Assembly: GCA_039630545.1 (NCBI GenBank)
Contig: JBCNUU010000008.1
Location: forward strand, 1 to 41,495
Direction: 5' to 3'
DNA: 41,495 nt
Source of the DNA: Endomicrobiia bacterium
GTDB lineage: Bacteria > Elusimicrobiota > Endomicrobiia > DTEH01
In this document: in pieces, positions 35,498 to 41,495 of the stretch
Position numbering within the stretch: position 1 is the stretch's first letter
Layout of the letters: each line of letters starts with the position of its first letter
Program-made: the position numbers and the translations under genes
The notes under the pieces: generated by a model
The model's input: the letters and a program-made list of their open reading frames with translations, nothing else
Told to the model about the DNA's origin: nothing
Database searches by the model: none

Positions 35498-37882
35498 ATG
35501 AAAGCAAAAAAAATAGAAGTATACGGGAAAGTACAATCAGTTGGTTTTAGACCATTTATTTATAATCTTGCAAAAAGATTTGATTTGAAAGGATATATTA
35601 GAAATAAAACTTCATCAGTTGAAATTTTAGTTGAAGGTAAAGAACAAAGTTTAAATGAGTTTTTAAAAAAAATAAGGACCAATCCTCCAAAGTCAGTACT
35701 TATACAAAAAATTCTTGTCAATGATGACGCAGTAAAAAATTTTGTATCTTTTGATATACTTGAAAGTGAGCCTACCGCTGCTTCATTTGTATATATTCCG
35801 GCTGAAATAAAAATCTGTGATGAATGTATAAAAGAACTTTTAAATCCACATGATAGAAGATATCTTTATCCATTTATAAACTGCACGCAGTGTGGCCCAA
35901 GATTCACAATAATTGAGAGGTTGCCATATGATAGAAAAAACACCACAATGAAAGTTTTTAAGATGTGTGAGGAGTGTTTAAATGAATATGAAGATCCCTC
36001 AAATAGAAGATTTCATGCGCAGCCTAATTGCTGTCACAGATGTGGACCAGGGTTGATTGTTAAAGATAAAAATTTAGATCTCGTTTTTAAAATTTCTCGT
36101 TCTGCAGAAGATGTAAAAAAAATTTTAGATTTCATAGTAGAAAAAATTTTAGATGGAAAAATTTTTGCGATAAAGTCCTACGGAGGCTACCATCTTGTTT
36201 GTGATGCAACTAATGATGAAGTTGTTTTAAGATTAAGAAAAAATAAATACCGTGAATTTAAGCCTTTTGCAATGATGGCTTCAAGCATAGAAGCAATAGA
36301 AAGATATTGTGTGATAGATAACTCTCAAAAAGAACTTTTAAAATCCAGTCAAGCGCCAATAGTTCTTTTAGTAAAAAAAACTTTAGAGGATTCTCAAATA
36401 AGTAAATATGTGGCGGATGGGAGTAAATACTATGGTTTTATGCTTCCTTACACACCACTACATTTTTTAATTTTTGAATGGCTTAAGAGATATAAAAAAG
36501 ATATTCCTTTAATAATGACCAGTGCTAACATATCAGAGGAACCGCAAGTTTATAAGGAGTCTGAAGCATTTCATAAATTAAGAAACTTAACAGATTATTT
36601 TGTTTTCTATAACAGAAAAATAAATATAAGATGCGATGACTCTGTATGCAAAACTGTAGACAACAACATCTACTTTATAAGAAGATCAAGAGGATGGGCA
36701 CCGGAGCCGATTTTTGTAAAATATAAATTCGCCAAAAACATACTTTCATTTGGTGCCGATTTAAAAAACACTTTCAGTTTAGCAAAAGACAACCATGTAG
36801 TAGTAAGCCATCACATAGGAGATCTTTATAACTTAGAAGCTATAAACTCATATATGCAGTCAATAGACCATTATCTTAAGACTTTTGGTTTTTCTCCAGA
36901 TGTGATTGTATGTGATTTACATCCTGAATATATCTCTTCAAAAATAGCCAGAAAATTTGCTAAAGAAAGGAGTTTAACTTGTTTAGAAATTCAGCATCAC
37001 TATGCACATATGTTGAGTTGTATGTTAGAAAATGATTTGTTTGAAAAATGCATAGGAGTTGTCTTTGATGGGACTGGATATGGATTAGATGGAACTATAT
37101 GGGGATCTGAGTTTTTAGTTGGTGATATATATGGTTTTTTTAGAAAAGCTCATTTTGAAAACATAACGCTTATAGGTGCAGATAAAGGAATAAAAGAACC
37201 ATATAGATCTGCATTAGCTTTTCTTTATGAAGAATATAAAAATGAGAAAATATTAGAGAATTTCTGGAGTACTCTTCAGCAAAACCTCACAGGTAGTGAA
37301 ATTTTGAGTTTTAGTTTCAAAGATATGTTGAATGCTGTCAGATTTTTATTAGATAAAAAAATAAATTTAACAGAAACCTCTGGCATGGGAAGATTTTTTG
37401 ATATAGTTTGTGTATTTTGTGGCTTTGGTGCTTTTAACTACTATGAAGGATATCTGCCACAGTTGCTTGAGTTTAATGCTGGTTTTAGATTTGAAGAAAT
37501 AAAAAATAAAGATAGATTTTACGAATATGAAGTAATAAAGCAAGAAAATAAATATGTTGTTAAAACAAAATTACTTCTCAAAAAAATATTTGAAGATGTA
37601 TTTTTTAAAAAAGAAGAAGTAAAAACAGTAGCTGCTAAATTTCACTATACAATTTTAAAAATTACAGAAGATGTATTGTTGAAAATAAGAAACGATTTAA
37701 ATATAAACAAAGTTATCTTGTCAGGTGGTGTTTTTCAAAATGAAATTTTAGTTTCTTATTTATATGAAAGTTTAAAAAAATTAAACTTTGAAGTTTTTAT
37801 TCATAGAAAAATCCCATGTAATGATGCTGGAATTTCTTTTGGTCAAAGTTTAGCTACAGAAAGTGTAGAATCTTTAAAGTAA
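35498..37882 (+). CDS. hypF: Carbamoyltransferase HypF
   Basis: Acylphosphatase domain VQSVGFRPF, zinc fingers C..C...YPFINCTQCGPR and RRFHAQP, KPFA, MTSAN, DLHPEY, QHHYAH, DGTGYG, PCND.GISFGQ. Confidence 0.96.
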   Translation: MKAKKIEVYGKVQSVGFRPFIYNLAKRFDLKGYIRNKTSSVEILVEGKEQSLNEFLKKIRTNPPKSVLIQKILVNDDAVKNFVSFDILESEPTAASFVYIPAEIKICDECIKELLNPHDRRYLYPFINCTQCGPRFTIIERLPYDRKNTTMKVFKMCEECLNEYEDPSNRRFHAQPNCCHRCGPGLIVKDKNLDLVFKISRSAEDVKKILDFIVEKILDGKIFAIKSYGGYHLVCDATNDEVVLRLRKNKYREFKPFAMMASSIEAIERYCVIDNSQKELLKSSQAPIVLLVKKTLEDSQISKYVADGSKYYGFMLPYTPLHFLIFEWLKRYKKDIPLIMTSANISEEPQVYKESEAFHKLRNLTDYFVFYNRKINIRCDDSVCKTVDNNIYFIRRSRGWAPEPIFVKYKFAKNILSFGADLKNTFSLAKDNHVVVSHHIGDLYNLEAINSYMQSIDHYLKTFGFSPDVIVCDLHPEYISSKIARKFAKERSLTCLEIQHHYAHMLSCMLENDLFEKCIGVVFDGTGYGLDGTIWGSEFLVGDIYGFFRKAHFENITLIGADKGIKEPYRSALAFLYEEYKNEKILENFWSTLQQNLTGSEILSFSFKDMLNAVRFLLDKKINLTETSGMGRFFDIVCVFCGFGAFNYYEGYLPQLLEFNAGFRFEEIKNKDRFYEYEVIKQENKYVVKTKLLLKKIFEDVFFKKEEVKTVAAKFHYTILKITEDVLLKIRNDLNINKVILSGGVFQNEILVSYLYESLKKLNFEVFIHRKIPCNDAGISFGQSLATESVESLK

Positions 37883-37894
37883 GGAGAAAAATTT

Positions 37895-39070
37895 ATGGTA
37901 GAAATTAAAGAGTTTCATGGTTTGATTTATAATCAGCAAAAACTTTCCAAACTTAAAGTCAATTTTAAAGATTTGATATGTCCTCCTTTTGATACTATAT
38001 CTTCCTCCTTGCATAGAAGTCTTTTGCTTAAAAAATATAACTTTGTAAACTTAGAACTTCCAAAAGGGACAGGACAAAAAAAATATCAGAATGCTAAAAA
38101 AATCCTTTCAAGCTGGAAAAGAAGTAAAATTATAGTTGAAGACGATCTTCCTTCCATTTATCTTTACAGCCACAAATTTTCATACCCTGTAGGATGTGAG
38201 AAACAATACACAAGATATGGAATTTTTTGTCTGATAAAAGCAGATCCTTCATATACAGACATAATTCCACACGAGCATACCAATCCAAAACCAATTGAAG
38301 AAAGAGCAAAACTGATTTCTGCTTTAAATGCGCAGACTTCTTCTCCTTTTTTCATAGTGGAAGATGAAAAAAAAGAATTTTACAACTTACTTTTAAAATT
38401 AGCAAAACCACAATATCTTTTTATCACTACAAAAGATTCTTTAGGTGATGAGCATAAAATTTACAAAATAGTAGACTCTAAACTTATAGGTAAAATAAAA
38501 GATATCCTAAAAAGAAAAAAACTCTATATTGCTGATGGGCATCATCGCTATAAAGTAACATGTGAGTATCTTAAAAAAAATAAAAAAGAGTATCTTTTAG
38601 GTTATATATGCTCATTAGAAGATGAAGGACTTTTAATTCTTCCAACACATAGAGCTTTAGCTGGTTCTCATATAGTAGAAGAACTTAAAAAGTATTTTGA
38701 TTTCTTGGACTGGGATGGCAAAAGTAATGTTGAAATTGTTTTTTATCATAAAGGAAGCTTTAAGACATTAAAACCCAAAATAAGTTTTAAAGATACTGCT
38801 AAAATAATAAATAACCAACCATATTTTTTACTTGATAGGGTTCTTAGAGAACTTGAAGGAGAAAAGATAACACAACATATATTTTATCATCAAGAAATAA
38901 AAGAGGTGGTAAACTTTGCTGATAAATATGATGGATGTGCTTTTATTTTACCAGCAGTTAAAAAAGAAGAGTTTTCCAAAGTTCTAAAAGATAAAATTAT
39001 TTTTCCGCCAAAAAGCACATATTTTTATCCAAAAGTTTTTTGTGGATTTGTATTTTATGAGTTTAAATAA
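37895..39070 (+). CDS. DUF1015 family protein
   Basis: CPPFD, IIPHEHT, YIADGHHRY, ILPTHR, PPKSTYFYPK. Confidence 0.9.
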   Translation: MVEIKEFHGLIYNQQKLSKLKVNFKDLICPPFDTISSSLHRSLLLKKYNFVNLELPKGTGQKKYQNAKKILSSWKRSKIIVEDDLPSIYLYSHKFSYPVGCEKQYTRYGIFCLIKADPSYTDIIPHEHTNPKPIEERAKLISALNAQTSSPFFIVEDEKKEFYNLLLKLAKPQYLFITTKDSLGDEHKIYKIVDSKLIGKIKDILKRKKLYIADGHHRYKVTCEYLKKNKKEYLLGYICSLEDEGLLILPTHRALAGSHIVEELKKYFDFLDWDGKSNVEIVFYHKGSFKTLKPKISFKDTAKIINNQPYFLLDRVLRELEGEKITQHIFYHQEIKEVVNFADKYDGCAFILPAVKKEEFSKVLKDKIIFPPKSTYFYPKVFCGFVFYEFK

Positions 39071-39184
39071 TAATCAAACTATGGGGGTAAGCTTAAAACA
39101 AAAATTTCGTTTTATAAATATTTAAATTTTTCGTCTGAAAGTTTAATGTAAAATTTTTGTAAAATTGATTTTTAAACTTAATAG

Positions 39185-39213
39185 TTGACAAAATTTAAAT
39201 TTTGAATTATTAA
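39185..39213 (+). promoter_or_regulatory. Putative sigma70 promoter of the downstream surface-protein operon
   Basis: TTGACA (39185-39190)-17 bp-TATTAA (39208-39213). Confidence 0.5.
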
Positions 39214-39241
39214 TTATTTAGTGGTAAAATTTAAAAGTAAA

Positions 39242-39357
39242 AGGAAGGTGTCTAAACGATTCCTTTGTTTAAGTAACCGCACACGGAATAAGGAAGTTTA
39301 AAAAAGGTTTGAGGATGTGAAAAAGAATAATTATAAATTGCGTTTAGCCACCTTTTT
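39242..39357 (+). promoter_or_regulatory. Structured 5' leader
   Basis: AAGGTGTCTAAACG (39245-39258) pairs 13/14 with CGTTTAGCCACCTT (39341-39354); inner TTCCTT/AAGGAA and CCG-CACA-CGG stems. Confidence 0.5.
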
Positions 39358-39363
39358 AATAAG

Positions 39364-39813
39364 ATGAAAAAAATTTTAGTGTTATTAGTTGGTGTTGTTC
39401 TTTATATAAGTTATATCTCAGAAAAAAAATTGAATTACAACCCTAGTGATTTTTTTGTTTTTGTTTCTTTTTCAAATTTTGAAGACAGAGACTATGAAAA
39501 TAAATTATTAAATACAGAGTTCTCAAAAAAAGTATTTATAGAATGTTTGTATTCTCTTCTCATCAAAGAAGAACTAAAAAGTTTTTCCTATATAGCAAAA
39601 GAACTCAAAAAACCATTTGTAAAGTTGTGGATAACCAAAGAGATACTGGTTAAAATTTTAAAAGAGTTATTTTATATATGGACTGATGTAAAGAAAAATT
39701 TTTGTCTATCTAAAATTTCAATAATCTGTTTGACAATTCTTTTTGTTTCTCTTTCCTATTTAAAACTTAACTTAAAAACCTACCAGAAGATTTTTTTAGT
39801 TTTAAGATGTTGA
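39364..39813 (+). CDS. Hypothetical 149-aa protein with N-terminal signal/TM segment and hydrophobic C-terminus ending FLVLRC (candidate leader peptide)
   Basis: MKKILVLLVGVVLYISYIS N-terminus; no recognisable domain; flanked by RNA structures on both sides. Confidence 0.6.
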   Translation: MKKILVLLVGVVLYISYISEKKLNYNPSDFFVFVSFSNFEDRDYENKLLNTEFSKKVFIECLYSLLIKEELKSFSYIAKELKKPFVKLWITKEILVKILKELFYIWTDVKKNFCLSKISIICLTILFVSLSYLKLNLKTYQKIFLVLRC

Positions 39814-39817
39814 TAAT

Positions 39818-39999
39818 CCTTTGACCTATAACTTGTCTGTTTATTAGAAAAACAAGCTTTAAAGAAAATACCCATATATTCATAACTAAGTCTTCCAACT
39901 CTCTATCTGGTGTGGGTTTTTAGGTGAAGAGTCAGGGAGACTGATTATGAGTATAGGGGTTATAAAAGGCAACAAAAATAAACCATTCATGGGTGAGTA
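39818..39999 (+). promoter_or_regulatory. Long intergenic hairpin / candidate translational switch
   Basis: 39870-39908 is an imperfect, G-U-compatible inverted repeat of 39922-39960. Confidence 0.6.
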
Positions 40000-40002
40000 G
40001 GA

Positions 40003-40653
40003 ATGTTTAGCATTTTTAAGAAAATAAGAAATCTTTTAAAAGTTTTAATTTTAATTTATCCTTTATTTAGTAAAGAAGAAATTTTAATTGATAAATCAAA
40101 ATTAATTGAAGATTTGGATAGTTCTAATGTTTCTATAAGATACGCTTCATTAAGGAAATTATCAAATGCATTAGATGAAGAGACTATTGAAATTTTAACT
40201 AAATATTTAAAAAAAGAACAAGATAATTACTTAAAGAGTGAGATTATAGAAATTCTTTCTTTAAGTGGTTCAACAGTAGCTTTAGCAGGAATTAAAGACC
40301 AACTTAATGATAAAAATCTTTATATTCGTCAAACTGCAGTGAGATGCCTTGGCAATTTCGATGAGAAACTTGTTATTCCAGAACTTGTAAAAGTAATAAA
40401 CCGTAGAGATGAAGATCTGTCTGTAAAAAAAACAGCTGTGTGGGTGGTTGGTAGATTTAGAAGTAAAGAAGCTATATCTTTGTTAGACAATGTAATTTCA
40501 GATCAACAGAATTCTGAAGAGCTAAAACTTTTAGCAGTGCGGGCGTTAGGGAAAATTGGGACCAAAGAAAGCAGAAATGCATTAAGAAAATATATAACTT
40601 CAAAAAATTCTAATTTAAGAAGTTTAGTTGAACAAGAACTAATAAAAAAGTGA
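40003..40653 (+). CDS. Exported HEAT-repeat protein
   Basis: Signal-like N-terminus; L.D.N.YIRQ.AV..LG repeats. Confidence 0.82.
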   Translation: MFSIFKKIRNLLKVLILIYPLFSKEEILIDKSKLIEDLDSSNVSIRYASLRKLSNALDEETIEILTKYLKKEQDNYLKSEIIEILSLSGSTVALAGIKDQLNDKNLYIRQTAVRCLGNFDEKLVIPELVKVINRRDEDLSVKKTAVWVVGRFRSKEAISLLDNVISDQQNSEELKLLAVRALGKIGTKESRNALRKYITSKNSNLRSLVEQELIKK

Positions 40654-40693
40654 CTTTATTTTGACAGCGGAAGAATATAAAAAACATAATACA

Positions 40694-41495
40694 ATGGATA
40701 AAAAAAATCAAAAAAATTTTCAACTAAAATTTAGCTTATTAATTTTAGGATGTTTTATTGTAGGTATTGCCTATACTGCTACAGAGGGTATTCTTAGTTA
40801 TTCAAGGTCAGAAATGGCTCCGTTTGCAAGAACTTACAATCCTTCAGTTGGATGGTCAACTGCTACCATTACTCTTATGGATACGATAGATCCAGCTGTA
40901 ATACAACACATAAGAGCTGCTTATGCACCATCGTTTAGTCCAAGAGCAGGATGGGTTGTAGTAACATGGATTGATGGTGCTGGTAATGTTAATTATCAGA
41001 TAAGAGATTCTGCAGGCAACTGGCGAGATTATGGAAAACAGGTTTTAAATGCAACAGGGCTACTTGGATATGGTTTTGTTGACTGTGTATGGACTGCTGA
41101 TGGTAATGCAATAGTTGTGTTTAGCAGAAATATAACAACTGCTAATCAACAGTTAGGTTTTGTTGTGTGGTATAGTACATCTGGATCATGGGGGTTACCT
41201 GGTGTTTTTGGGTATGGTACTGCTGCTACAGCAAGATGGGTAAGATTGGAAAGACCTTCTGTGCCGGGCACAAATCGTCTATTATGTGTTGTTCAGTTTG
41301 ATAATTCAAATGTTGTATCCTGGTATTGGACAGGAAGTGGTTGGTCCTCACCTAATACTTTTGCTGTAAATGTCGAAAATGCTACAAATAGAAATTTTGA
41401 TGTATGTTTTACATCTTTAACAGCAAGAATTTTTGTTGGTAATACAGATGATGCTATATCGCATTATGTATGGTGGGCAACTTCTACTGTGTATG
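40694..41495 (+). CDS. Large secreted/surface protein, 3'-partial (Trp/Thr/Ser/Gly-rich, propeller-like)
   Basis: Not in the ORF track (no stop in the window). MDKKNQKNFQLKFSLLILGCFIVGIAYTATEG... signal peptide; frame open to the window end (…SWYWTGSGWSSP…HYVWWATSTVY). Confidence 0.8.
   Translation, partial: MDKKNQKNFQLKFSLLILGCFIVGIAYTATEGILSYSRSEMAPFARTYNPSVGWSTATITLMDTIDPAVIQHIRAAYAPSFSPRAGWVVVTWIDGAGNVNYQIRDSAGNWRDYGKQVLNATGLLGYGFVDCVWTADGNAIVVFSRNITTANQQLGFVVWYSTSGSWGLPGVFGYGTAATARWVRLERPSVPGTNRLLCVVQFDNSNVVSWYWTGSGWSSPNTFAVNVENATNRNFDVCFTSLTARIFVGNTDDAISHYVWWATSTVY

Noticed and set aside
4170..38355. Short antisense or alternate-frame ORFs inside long genes (e.g. 4170, 7618, 10958, 12551, 13371, 17072, 17284, 18162, 18214, 19856, 20468, 22212, 22695, 26290, 26829, 29741, 30157, 33275, 35298, 38164)
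   Set aside because: All overlap well-supported genes and have typical shadow-ORF composition.
39870..39960. Long hairpin as intrinsic terminator or 6S RNA
   Set aside because: No U-tract follows on the + strand, the stem is too long and bulged for a terminator, and it lacks the symmetric central bubble of 6S; kept instead as a candidate switch.
40700..40717. Poly-A tracts in the 5' end of the last ORF as phase-variation sites
   Set aside because: A7-A9 runs are frequent throughout this AT-rich window, so there is no enrichment.

Overview
AT-rich bacterial chromosomal window, gene-dense, with all but one real gene on the + strand. The PorV-like/FlgD-CTD secretion genes, V-type ATPase and protein style suggest Elusimicrobiota, possibly thermophilic; this is inference only. 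1-4627: a 5'-truncated large surface protein (propeller-like repeats, FN3 repeats, T9SS-like C-terminal domain) coupled to a PorV-like barrel. 4729-6340: decayed debris, consisting of an IS1595-family element with perfect 13-bp terminal inverted repeats, a broken PIN toxin gene with an intact small partner gene, and a second IS1595 fragment. The IS remnants carry short palindromic inserts. 6389-39070: a long run of housekeeping genes taken out of their usual operons (rsmD, GH9 glucanase, rplM-rpsI-hup, aminotransferase-hom, orphan V-ATPase B, gmk, ctpA, tsaD, accA, orphan rplA, nadX, tRNA-Tyr/tRNA-Gly, tpiA, pilC, rsfS, argS, moxR, PAP2, DUF72-polX-nnrE, yggS-proC-yggU, mtnA, hydrogenase protease-hypA-hypF, DUF1015). 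39185-41495: promoter, structured leader, a small exported-looking ORF ending in -VLRC, a ~90-nt hairpin, a HEAT protein and the start of another large secreted protein. Best leads: this leader-peptide/RNA-switch cassette, an unexplained ~300-nt folded region upstream of the tRNAs, rsfS lacking a canonical start codon, and the ~21-bp palindromic micro-insertions. No CRISPR array, rRNA or reverse transcriptase was seen.
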